This document shows positions 1-8,599 of a DNA stretch of 64,000 nt, piece by piece (positions within the stretch are counted from its first letter, which is position 1; every line of letters begins with the position of its first letter). The notes under the pieces were generated by a model, which worked only from the letters and a program-made list of their open reading frames with translations, had not been told where the DNA came from and ran no database searches. The translations under genes were made by a program, and so were the position numbers. This DNA is from Candidatus Binatia bacterium (GTDB lineage: Bacteria > Desulfobacterota > Binatia > UBA9968 > JAJDTQ01), in the NCBI GenBank assembly GCA_963666515.2, contig OY762897.2, positions 3,840,001-3,904,000 on the forward strand, read 5' to 3'.

Positions 1-445
1 TGCCCTTCTCGAGCATGTGGGGGACCACCGCCCGGACGCTCCTCTGGATGGCGTTCAGGTTCAGGTCCATGATGAAGTTCCACTCCTCGTCGGTGTGTTC
101 ATGGGCCTGCTTGCGAATCCCGCCGCCGGCGTTGTTGTAGAGGATGTCCGCGCCGCCGTACCGGTCCATGGCCGTCTTCATCATCTCCTCCGGGCCGCCG
201 TCCGCGGTCACGTTCACGTTCAGGAAGGTGGCCTCGCCGCCTTCGTCGATGATGAGCTGGTCCACCCGCGGCGTCAGGGTCTCCTGGATGTCGCAGCACA
301 CGACGTTGGCCCCCTCGCGCGCGAACAGCCGGGCGGTGGCCCGCCCGATGCCGCTGTTGGCGCCGGTGATGATGGCCACCCGGCCCCGCAGCCGCCCCAG
401 TCCCTCTCTCAGCATGGGATGCTCGTCGTTGTTGGCGTTCGCCAT
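1..445 (-). CDS. SDR family oxidoreductase (3' end outside window)
   Basis: Manual minus-strand translation from ATG 445: ...LRGRVAIITGANSGIGRATARLFAREGANVV...DILYNNAG; TGxxxGIG and NNAG SDR motifs; AAGGAGG RBS upstream. Not in ORF track because no stop in window. Confidence 0.9.
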   Translation of the reverse strand, partial: MANANNDEHPMLREGLGRLRGRVAIITGANSGIGRATARLFAREGANVVCCDIQETLTPRVDQLIIDEGGEATFLNVNVTADGGPEEMMKTAMDRYGGADILYNNAGGGIRKQAHEHTDEEWNFIMDLNLNAIQRSVRAVVPHMLEKG

Positions 446-542
446 CAGCTTGCCTCCTTGAATGGTACGCCTTTCGGCTCACTCTCCCTTATCCGATTGC
501 CGGTGGATTGCCAAGCACGCCTTGGGTTCGACGTTCCGCATC

Positions 543-570
543 CGTCATTCCGGCGAAAGCCGGAATCCAG
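543..570. repeat. REP-like palindrome, family A (GTCATTCC.GCG.AAGC.GGAATCCAG)
   Basis: cgtcattccggcgaaagccggaatccag; similar copies at 7311, 7383, 29919, 36244. Confidence 0.85.
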
Positions 571-647
571 GGGTGGCTGGGGGTGGCCCGGCTCGTTTAA
601 CCTTCCCGGTCCAATCCGCTACAGTGTCATCATCAAGGAGGATCGAC

Positions 648-1529
648 ATGAACCGGGCAGACGAAAAATACGTGGACGTGGACGGCATCCGCACCCGCTA
701 CTTCGAGAAGGGGAGCGGCGAGACGGTGGTGCTGTTCCACGGCGGCAACTTCGGCTCCAACGAGGCGGCCGACGGCAGCCCCGACTGGGGACTCAACTTC
801 GACGCGCTGGCGCAGTGGTTCCACGTCGTCGCCGTGGACAAGCTCGGCCAGGGAATGACCGACAACCCCAAGAGCGACGACGACTACACCATGGCCGCGG
901 TGGTGCGGCACGCGCTGGCCACGCTGGAGACCCTGAAGCTCGGCAACGTCCATCTGGTGGGGCATTCCCGCGGCGCCTACCTGGTGGCGCGCATGACCCT
1001 GGAGCGGGCGGACCTCGTCAAGTCCGTGATCCCGGTGGACACCAACACCCTGGCCCCCGGAGTCGGGCGCAACGACATCGTGCACGCCAACGCGCCGCAG
1101 CCGCGCCTGGGCCGCGAGAGCCAGCGCTGGGTGCTGGAGCGCTATTCCTACGGCCACGACCACATCACCGACGACTGGCTCGACGCCTGCGTGGAAATCG
1201 CCCAACAGCCCAAGTACCGGGAGGCGGTGGAGAAGATGGAGACCCAGGGGCTCAAGACCAACGTCTTCCTGGCCAAGCACGCGCGGCAGAAGGAGGAGAC
1301 CCTGGGGTGGATCCGCGACCGCGGCTTCCAGCGGCCCACGCTGCTCGTGTGGGGCTACAACGACCCCACCGCCACCCTCGACCAGGGCATGCGTCTGATG
1401 GAGCTCATGGCCGGAAGCGAGCGCCGCACCCAGATGCACATCATCAACGAGGCCGGCCACTTCTCCTACCGCGAGCACCCCGCGGAGTTCAACGAGGTGC
1501 TGCGCGCCTTCATCGCCGCGCAGCAATAG
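648..1529 (+). CDS. alpha/beta hydrolase, similar to meta-cleavage product hydrolases (BphD/MhpC type)
   Basis: AAGGAG RBS before ATG 648; LFHGG, GHSRGA nucleophile elbow, WGxND and AGH catalytic motifs. Confidence 0.8.
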   Translation: MNRADEKYVDVDGIRTRYFEKGSGETVVLFHGGNFGSNEAADGSPDWGLNFDALAQWFHVVAVDKLGQGMTDNPKSDDDYTMAAVVRHALATLETLKLGNVHLVGHSRGAYLVARMTLERADLVKSVIPVDTNTLAPGVGRNDIVHANAPQPRLGRESQRWVLERYSYGHDHITDDWLDACVEIAQQPKYREAVEKMETQGLKTNVFLAKHARQKEETLGWIRDRGFQRPTLLVWGYNDPTATLDQGMRLMELMAGSERRTQMHIINEAGHFSYREHPAEFNEVLRAFIAAQQ

Positions 1530-1628
1530 GGGTGAAAGAAGCGAGGCGTCGCGCCTCCGGCTTGAAACAAGCCCGTTCCATGGACCATAAAGGACGGGAA
1601 CAGATCACAATCCTTGGAGGAAAACCAC

Positions 1629-1967
1629 ATGGGCAAATACATGTTCCACACTTCGTACACCGGCAAGGGGCTGGTGGGCCTGCTCAAGGAGGGCGGCAGC
1701 CGGCGGCGGGCCGCGCTGACCCAGACCATCGAGGCCATGGGCGGCAGCGTGGAGGCGCTCTACTATGCCTTCGGCGACACGGACCTCTACATCATTGCCG
1801 ACCTTCCCGACGACGCCACCGCGACCGCGGTGTCGCTCAACATCGCCAACGCCGGCGCCCTCAACATCAAGGCCACCGTGCTGATCCCGCCGGAGACGGT
1901 GGACGAGGCGGTCAAGAAGAAGGTGCCCTACCGGCCGCCGGGCGCCCGCGCCGCGCGCGGCAAGTAG
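1629..1967 (+). CDS. GYD domain protein
   Basis: GGAGG RBS; SYTGKG...RRAAL..IEAMGGSVEALYYAFGDTD pattern. Confidence 0.75.
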   Translation: MGKYMFHTSYTGKGLVGLLKEGGSRRRAALTQTIEAMGGSVEALYYAFGDTDLYIIADLPDDATATAVSLNIANAGALNIKATVLIPPETVDEAVKKKVPYRPPGARAARGK

Positions 1968-2076
1968 GGTCGAGGCCGGGGCGCCGGGCTCCGACGAGCG
2001 TGCGCCGGCGTCCTGTCCTGTGCGTGCGCATGCCACGGTGCGCGCGAGTGATTGCCATCGGCGAGGCGTGGCCGCC

Positions 2077-2101
2077 GTAGGGGCGGGTTTCAACCCCGCC
2101 C
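2077..2101 (+). repeat. GTAG-type REP-like palindrome, family C
   Basis: gtaggggcgggtttcaaccccgccc; related inverted copy at 21542-21565. Confidence 0.65.
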
Positions 2102-2127
2102 GTCTCGAATCGTCCGCTCCACCCGGC

Positions 2128-4038
2128 ATGTCCCTCGTAAGCTTCGAAGACGTCTCGCTCGAACTGGGCGACCAGCGGCTGCTGGCGCACGCCGATTTCG
2201 CCATCGAGCCGGGGGAACGGGTGTGCCTGATCGGCCGCAACGGCGCCGGCAAGACCTCCATGCTGCGGCTCATCACCGGCCGCCTGGAGCCCGACCGCGG
2301 CGAGGTCCACACCCAGAGCCGCATCCGCGTGAGCGAGCTGGAGCAGGCGCTGCCCGAGGAACTCGGGCAGACGGTGCGGGAGTACGTCACCACCGGCCTC
2401 GCCGACCTCCAGGCCCTCATCGACCTCTACCAGCAACGCTCCACGGAGGCCCTGGACCGCAAGGGCCTGCTGGAGCTGGAGGCGCTGCACCGGGAGATCG
2501 ACGCCCACGGCGGCTGGCACGTGGACCAGCGGGTGGAGACGGTGCTGAGCGAGCTGGACCTGCCGGCCGGCCGCCGTCTGGAGGAGCTGTCCGGCGGCTG
2601 GCAGCGCCGCGTCGGCCTCGCCCGCACCATCGTCGGCAACGCCGAGCTGCTGCTCCTCGACGAGCCCACCAACCACCTCGACCTGAGCACCATCCAGTGG
2701 CTGGAGGACCGGGTCTACAACTATACCGGCGCCGTTCTGTTCATCACCCACGACCGCGCCTTCCTGCGGCGGCTCGCCACCCGCATCGTCGAGCTGGACC
2801 GCACCCGGCTCACGAGCTGGCCCGGCAGCTACGACAACTACCTCCGGCTCAAGGAGGAAAGCCTGGCGGAGGACGCCCGCCGCGACGCCCTGTTCGACAA
2901 GCGCCTGGCGCAGGAAGAGGCGTGGATACGGCAGGGCATCAAGGCGCGCCGCACCCGCAACGAGGGCCGCGTGCGCGCGCTCATGGCCATGCGGGAGGAG
3001 GCGGCGCAGCGCCTCAAGCCTCAGAGCCAGGCGCGCATCCACGTGCAGCACGGCGGCCAATCGGGCCGCAAGGTGGTGGAGCTTCGCAACGTCACCCACG
3101 GCTACGGCGGCGAGCCGCTGATCCGGAACCTCACGCTACGCATCATGCGCGGCGACCGCATCGGCCTCATCGGCAACAACGGCGTCGGCAAGAGCACGCT
3201 GCTGCGCATCCTGGTGGGCGAGATCAAGCCCGACTCCGGCGCCGTCGAGATGGGCGCCAACCTGGAGATCGGCTACTTCGACCAGCTTCGGCGCGAGCTG
3301 GACCCGGAGAAGACCGTGGCCGAGACCGTGGCGGACGGCCGCGACCACGTCTTCGTCAACGGCAAGCCGCGCCACGTGGTCGGCTACCTCAAGGGCTTTC
3401 TCTTCAGCCCCAAGCGCGCCCTGACTCCAGTGGCCGCGCTGTCCGGCGGCGAGTGCAACCGCGTCATCCTCGCCCGGCTGCTGACCCAACCGGCCAACCT
3501 GCTGGTGCTGGACGAGCCCACCAACGACCTCGACATCGAGACCCTGGAGGTGCTGGAGGAGCAGCTCGTGCGCTACCGCGGCACCTTGCTGGTGGTGAGC
3601 CACGACCGCAGCTTCCTCGACAACTGCGTCACCAGCACCCTGGTGTTCGAGGACACCGGCCTGATCCAGCGCCACGCCGGCGGCTACAGCGACTGGCTCC
3701 GCCGCGGCAACGCCCTCGCCGTCACCGACGACCCCAACCGCAAGGGAGTGCAGATGCCGGCCGCGGACCGGCGGGAATCACGTTCGCGCCCCAACAAGCT
3801 CAGCTACAAGTTGCAACGAGAACTGGACGAGTTGCCCGACCGCATCCAGGCCATGGAACAGGCCGTGGCCGCGCTGGAGGAACAGACCCAGCAACCCGAC
3901 TTCTACGCCCAGCCCTTCGCCGCCGTCCACCCCGTCCTCGACGAGCTCAAGGCCGCCAAGGCGACCCTCGACCAGGTGTTGGACCGCTGGACCGAGTTGG
4001 AAACCCTGAAAGAACAAACGGAACGGCGCTCGCCGTGA
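2128..4038 (+). CDS. uup: ABC-F family ATPase Uup
   Basis: Two ABC cassettes (GRNGAGKT, LSGGW, LLDEPTNHLD; GNNGVGKS, LSGGE, LDEPTNDLD), WIRQGIKARRTRNEGRVRAL linker and KLSYKLQREL C-terminal coiled coil typical of Uup. Confidence 0.9.
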   Translation: MSLVSFEDVSLELGDQRLLAHADFAIEPGERVCLIGRNGAGKTSMLRLITGRLEPDRGEVHTQSRIRVSELEQALPEELGQTVREYVTTGLADLQALIDLYQQRSTEALDRKGLLELEALHREIDAHGGWHVDQRVETVLSELDLPAGRRLEELSGGWQRRVGLARTIVGNAELLLLDEPTNHLDLSTIQWLEDRVYNYTGAVLFITHDRAFLRRLATRIVELDRTRLTSWPGSYDNYLRLKEESLAEDARRDALFDKRLAQEEAWIRQGIKARRTRNEGRVRALMAMREEAAQRLKPQSQARIHVQHGGQSGRKVVELRNVTHGYGGEPLIRNLTLRIMRGDRIGLIGNNGVGKSTLLRILVGEIKPDSGAVEMGANLEIGYFDQLRRELDPEKTVAETVADGRDHVFVNGKPRHVVGYLKGFLFSPKRALTPVAALSGGECNRVILARLLTQPANLLVLDEPTNDLDIETLEVLEEQLVRYRGTLLVVSHDRSFLDNCVTSTLVFEDTGLIQRHAGGYSDWLRRGNALAVTDDPNRKGVQMPAADRRESRSRPNKLSYKLQRELDELPDRIQAMEQAVAALEEQTQQPDFYAQPFAAVHPVLDELKAAKATLDQVLDRWTELETLKEQTERRSP

Positions 4039-4067
4039 GAACGGGTCATGCCGGGCGCCCCCCTCAG

Positions 4068-4117
4068 GTCTGGATTCCCGCTCGCGCCGGAACGACGGAG
4101 GAAGGGAGGGAATGACG
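4068..4117. repeat. Degenerate family A REP remnants
   Basis: ctggattcccgctcgcgccggaacgacgg and gggaatgacg match the reverse complement of family A. Confidence 0.5.
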
Positions 4118-4145
4118 AAAGGGGGCGTCGGTCCCGCGTCAGGAA

Positions 4146-4715
4146 TTACGGGAAGAAGGTCAGCTTGATCAGCAAGGCCACGATGGCCGGGCCGAGCGTT
4201 AACACGGCGAAATTGAGAACGGCGGTCTTCTTCCCGAGTTTTGCGATGTCCTGGCCCACTGCGGTCCTGAAGTCCGCCATGCCCTGGTTCAACCGCGCCT
4301 TGAAGTCTGCCATGTCTTGACGCACCTCGGTTTTGAAATCCGCCATGTCCTGACCCATCTGCGCCTTGAAGTCTGCCATGCCCTGGTGCATTTCGGCCTT
4401 GAAGTCTGCCATGTCCTGACGCACTTCGGTTTTGAAATCCGCCATGTCCTGGCCCATCTGCGTCTTGAAATCCGCCGTGTCTTGACGGGTTTCGGCCTTG
4501 AACCCGAACATCTCGTGTCTGAGGTCCGCGATGTCCTCTTTGAGGTTCGCGAGGTCCTCTTTGGTGACCATGTTGTTCTCGATCCTCGCGATGTCTTCTT
4601 TGGTGGCCACGTTGTCGGCAGGCGGGACCGCACTGGCTGCTGCCCTTGCCTTGTCCGGAGAAGCCCCGGCTTCGATCAGCGCATCGTAGACTTCGGAAAC
4701 GATCAGACCCATCAT
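4146..4715 (-). CDS. DUF1640/CCDC90-like membrane-anchored coiled-coil protein with 11-aa tandem repeats
   Basis: Head VYDALIEAGASPDKARAAA, neck VATKEDI/VTKEDL, repeats of QDMADFKxxxx, C-terminal hydrophobic anchor. Confidence 0.7.
   Translation of the reverse strand: MMGLIVSEVYDALIEAGASPDKARAAASAVPPADNVATKEDIARIENNMVTKEDLANLKEDIADLRHEMFGFKAETRQDTADFKTQMGQDMADFKTEVRQDMADFKAEMHQGMADFKAQMGQDMADFKTEVRQDMADFKARLNQGMADFRTAVGQDIAKLGKKTAVLNFAVLTLGPAIVALLIKLTFFP
4246..4503 (-). repeat. Coding 33-bp tandem repeat (about 7-8 units)
   Basis: Recurrent ttgaa(a/g)tc(c/t)gccatg spaced 33 bp apart. Confidence 0.85.
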
Positions 4716-5000
4716 TGCAACTCCAGAGGCGTTGTCCTCGGGAATACGGGACGTTCCAGAACACCACGCCAGAAAAAGGCCGGTAAGTCAAGAATGGCCA
4801 TATAAAGAACAATCGGCGCTCGACGTGGATACTTTAGCCGAGTTTGTCATTCCCGCTCCTCACTTTCGCGTAAGACCTGTTTAAGGCCTCCGCGTCAGGC
4901 CCGTCCCATGACGCTTCTGGATTCCGTTCCGATTCTTACGTTCCCGCAGTGTCGTTGCCTGCCCACGGAACTTCCGATAAGAAGGTGTGCGGAGACACCC

Positions 5001-7298
5001 ATGAGAAAACAACGACTGTCAGTGGCCGGGCGCAATTCCATGCGCGTCGACGCGGTGGAGAAGGTGTCCGGCAAGGCTTTCTACACCGGGGACATCGAGC
5101 TTCCGGGCATGGCGTACGCGAAGATCCTGCGGAGCCCGCTTCCCCATGCCCGCGTGCTCAAAGTCGACGCCTCCAAGGCGCGAGCCTTGCCCGGCGTCAT
5201 CGACGTGCTCACCCGGGACGAGATCACCGACCTCAACTACCTGTACGGCGCCACCTACAAGGACCAGTCCGTCGTGGCGACGGACAAGGTGCGCTACGTC
5301 GGCGACCCGGTGGCCGCGGTGCTTTCCGCGGACGAGCTGGTGGCCGAGGAGGCGCTGGCGCTCATCGACGTGGAGTACGAGGAGCTGCCGTTCGTGGACA
5401 ACGTGGACGACGCGCTGGCGCCGGGGGCGCCGCAGGTGCACGAGGGCGACGTGGCCAAGGCCGAGCTGCGGGGCTCCCGGTACGGCGCGCCGGCAAGGTT
5501 CAAGGGCACCAACGTGTGCTACCACTTCGGCTACTCCCGGGGCGACGTGGACGACGGGTTCGCCAAGTCCGACCACATATTCGAGGACGTGTTCCGCTTC
5601 TCCAAGGTGCAGCACTACTCGCTGGAGCCCCACATCTGCCTCGCCCACTACGACGGCGAGCGCCTGACGGTGTGGAGCTCGTGCCAGGACCCGTTCACGC
5701 TGCGCGGGCACTTGGCGGGCATCTTCAAGCTGCCGCTCAACCGGGTGCGGGTGGTGGTGCCCTACGTCGGCGGCGGCTACGGCGGCAAGCTCTACGTCAA
5801 GGCCGACCCCATCGCCGCGGCGCTGTCGGTGCGGAACGGCCGGCCGGTCAAGCTGGCCATGAGCGTCAACGAGAGCTTCAAGACCGTCACGCGCCATCCC
5901 GCGCGCATCCGCATCAAGACCGGGGTCAGCAAGAAGGGCGAGATGGTGGCGCGGGAGCTGGAAGTCTACATGGACACCGGCGCCTACGCCGACGCCGGTC
6001 CCCGTGTGACCCAGAAGGCCGGCTACCGGGCGGTGGGACCGTACCGCGTCGCCAACGTGAAGATCGACGCCCACGGCGTCTACAGCAACACGGTGCCGGC
6101 CGGGGCCTTCCGCGGCTTCGGCGCGGTGCAGGTGGCCTGGGCCTACGAGTCGCAGATGGACATGATCGCCAGGCGGCTCGGCATGGACCCGCTGGACTTC
6201 CGCCTCAAGAACCTGCTGGACAAGGGCGAGCCCTACACCCCGGGCGACACCCCGGTGGACTGCGACCTCAAGCAGGGGCTCCGCAAGGTGGCCCGGGCGC
6301 TGGACTGGAAGAAGGCTTCCCGGCCCAACGTGGGCAAGGGGCTGAGCGTGTGCCTGAAGGACGCCGGCGGCACCTACAAGGTGGCCGGCGCCACCGTGAA
6401 GATGTCCTCGGACGGCAGCGCCGTGCTGCTTACCGGGACGGTGGAAGTGGGTCAGGGGTGCCGCACGGCCCTCAGCCAGGTGGTGGCGGAGGAGCTGGGC
6501 ATCGAGCTGGAGCAGGTGTCCGTGGCCCAGTTGGACACCGACGTGACCCCGTTCGACGTGTCCACCAGCGCCAGCAGCTCCATGACGGTCATGGGCCTCG
6601 CCACCCAGCGCGCCGCCCAGGACGTGAAGAAGCAGTTGCTCAAGGCCGCGGTCAAGGTCATGGGCGAGAAGGCCGCCGACCTCACGCTCAAGGGCGGCCG
6701 GGTGCGCGGCGGCAAGGGCCGCGGCGTGGCCTACAGTGACGTCATTTCCGAATACTTCGGCAGCTCCGCCACCGAGATCGTCGGCCGCGGCGTGTACCAG
6801 GACAGGAAGAGCAAGACCGCGGTGCTGGGCTCCCCCACCACCTTCTGGGAGGTGGGTTGGGGCGGCGTGGAGCTGGAGGTGGACCCGGACACCGGCGTCG
6901 TCCGCATCCTCAAGTACGTGTCCATGGCGGACGTGGGCCGGGCCATCAACCCGTTGCAGTGCGAAGGCCAGGACGAGGGCGGCGTGGTCTTCGCCATCGG
7001 CCACACGCTGCTGGAAGACATGGTGTACGAAGACGGCCAGCTCCTGAACCCGAACCTCATCGACTACCGCGTACCCGGCTTCCACGACCTGCCGGAGAAC
7101 TTCATCTCCGAGCTGGTGGAGAGCGGCAACGGCCCCGGCCCCTTCGGCGCCAAGGGCATGGGCGAGGGCGGCGTGCTGCCGGCCGCGTCCGCCATCGCCG
7201 CGGCCGTGGAGGACGCCGTCGGGGTGCGCATCTGCGACCTGCCGCTGTCGCCGCCCAAGGTATGGCAGCGGCTGCAGGAGAAGGAGAGCGCGGGCTAG
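5001..7298 (+). CDS. Xanthine dehydrogenase/CoxL family molybdopterin-binding subunit
   Basis: RVDAVEKVSGKAFYTGD, RSPLPHA, VGGGYGGK, GAFRGFG, GPFGAKGMGE motifs; ATG 5001 with GGAG upstream. Confidence 0.9.
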   Translation: MRKQRLSVAGRNSMRVDAVEKVSGKAFYTGDIELPGMAYAKILRSPLPHARVLKVDASKARALPGVIDVLTRDEITDLNYLYGATYKDQSVVATDKVRYVGDPVAAVLSADELVAEEALALIDVEYEELPFVDNVDDALAPGAPQVHEGDVAKAELRGSRYGAPARFKGTNVCYHFGYSRGDVDDGFAKSDHIFEDVFRFSKVQHYSLEPHICLAHYDGERLTVWSSCQDPFTLRGHLAGIFKLPLNRVRVVVPYVGGGYGGKLYVKADPIAAALSVRNGRPVKLAMSVNESFKTVTRHPARIRIKTGVSKKGEMVARELEVYMDTGAYADAGPRVTQKAGYRAVGPYRVANVKIDAHGVYSNTVPAGAFRGFGAVQVAWAYESQMDMIARRLGMDPLDFRLKNLLDKGEPYTPGDTPVDCDLKQGLRKVARALDWKKASRPNVGKGLSVCLKDAGGTYKVAGATVKMSSDGSAVLLTGTVEVGQGCRTALSQVVAEELGIELEQVSVAQLDTDVTPFDVSTSASSSMTVMGLATQRAAQDVKKQLLKAAVKVMGEKAADLTLKGGRVRGGKGRGVAYSDVISEYFGSSATEIVGRGVYQDRKSKTAVLGSPTTFWEVGWGGVELEVDPDTGVVRILKYVSMADVGRAINPLQCEGQDEGGVVFAIGHTLLEDMVYEDGQLLNPNLIDYRVPGFHDLPENFISELVESGNGPGPFGAKGMGEGGVLPAASAIAAAVEDAVGVRICDLPLSPPKVWQRLQEKESAG

Positions 7299-7310
7299 AG
7301 CCCCCTGACC

Positions 7311-7411
7311 CGTCATTCCCGCGGAAGCGGGAATCCAGGCGGGGCGGGGCGCGGGAACACGCCGTAGTCCCCCACTGCCACCCCTGGATTCCCGCTTCCG
7401 CGGGAATGACG
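7311..7411. repeat. Inverted pair of family A REPs (REPIN-like)
   Basis: 7311-7339 cgtcattcccgcggaagcgggaatccagg is the exact reverse complement of 7383-7411. Confidence 0.9.
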
Positions 7412-7433
7412 AATACGAGCTTAGGAGCATATT

Positions 7434-8438
7434 ATGTCAGACCCGACCCGTTTCCGAGCCATGGTGGTCAGCGAGAACGAGGACAAGAGCTTCTCCCGGG
7501 CCATTACCGAGCGGTCGGCGGACGACCTGCCGGAAGGCGATCTGCTCGTCTCGGTGGCCTACTCGTCCCTCAACTACAAGGACGCGCTGTCGGCCTCCGG
7601 CAACAAGGGCGTCACCCGCAACTATCCCCACACGCCGGGCATCGACGCCGCGGGCACCGTCGTGGAGAGCGCCTCAAGCGATTTCGCCAAGGGCGAAGAC
7701 GTGGTGCTCACCGGCTTCGACCTGGGCGCCAACACCGACGGCGGCTACGCCGAGTACGTGCGGGTGCCGGCCGCCTGGGCGGTGAAGCGCCCGGACGGGC
7801 TCAGCCTCAAGGAGAGCATGGTCTACGGCACCGCCGGCTTCACCGCGGCCCTGTCGGTGCTGCGGCTCCAGGAGTCCGGGGTCACGCCCGAGTCGGGCGA
7901 CGTGCTGGTGACCGGAGCCACCGGAGGGGTCGGCTGTCTGGCCGTGGCCATCCTGGCCCAGGCCGGCTACCGGGTGGTGGCGTCCACCGGCAAGGAGTCG
8001 GAAAAGGACTTCCTCACGGGCCTGGGCGCGGCCGACGTGATCTCTCGCGAGGACGCGGACGACCAGTCGGGCCGGCCGTTGCTGAGAGGTCTGTGGGCCG
8101 GCGTCGTGGACACCGTGGGCGGCAACATCCTCGCCACCGCCATCAAGGCCTCAAAGTACGGCGGCGTGGTGACCTGCTGCGGCAACGTGGCCTCGATAGA
8201 GCTGAACACCACGGTCTTTCCCTTCATCCTCCGCGACGTGCGCCTCATCGGCGTGGCCACCCCCGACTGCCCCGCGGACATCCGTGCCACCCTGTGGCAG
8301 AAGATGGCCGGCGAATGGAAGCTCCCCAACCTCGACGCCGTCACCATCGACTGCTCGCTGGACGAGTTGGACGCCCACATCGAGAGCATCCTCAAAGGCG
8401 GGGTCCGTGGCCGCGTGGTGGTGGACCTGTCGCGCTGA
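7434..8438 (+). CDS. acuI: Acryloyl-CoA reductase AcuI / YhdH family MDR oxidoreductase
   Basis: YSSLNYKDAL, HTPGIDAAG, GTAGFTAAL, VTGATGGVG, FPFILR motifs. Confidence 0.8.
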   Translation: MSDPTRFRAMVVSENEDKSFSRAITERSADDLPEGDLLVSVAYSSLNYKDALSASGNKGVTRNYPHTPGIDAAGTVVESASSDFAKGEDVVLTGFDLGANTDGGYAEYVRVPAAWAVKRPDGLSLKESMVYGTAGFTAALSVLRLQESGVTPESGDVLVTGATGGVGCLAVAILAQAGYRVVASTGKESEKDFLTGLGAADVISREDADDQSGRPLLRGLWAGVVDTVGGNILATAIKASKYGGVVTCCGNVASIELNTTVFPFILRDVRLIGVATPDCPADIRATLWQKMAGEWKLPNLDAVTIDCSLDELDAHIESILKGGVRGRVVVDLSR

Positions 8439-8462
8439 CGCAACTTTGGTCATTCGGATGGC

Positions 8463-8579
8463 GTCCTTCGACTTCGCTTCGCTACGCTCAGGACGAACGG
8501 TGTTGGGACTATGGCACCGGAGCTTGTTTTCCGTTCGTCCTGAGCGTAGCGCCGCGTCAGCGGCGCGAAGTCGAAGGAC
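8463..8579. repeat. Inverted pair of family B palindromes (CTTCGAC...CTCAGGACGAACGG)
   Basis: gtccttcgacttcgc..ctacgctcaggacgaacgg and its reverse complement 30 bp downstream. Confidence 0.85.
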
Positions 8580-8599
8580 GCCATAACCCGAGGGTCGCC

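Noticed and set aside
17-2080. 687-aa plus-strand ORF
   Set aside because: Overlaps three well-supported genes in other frames or strands; low-complexity, no motifs.
4246-4503. Regularly spaced repeats resembling a CRISPR array
   Set aside because: In-frame 33-bp coding repeats without unique spacers; no cas genes.
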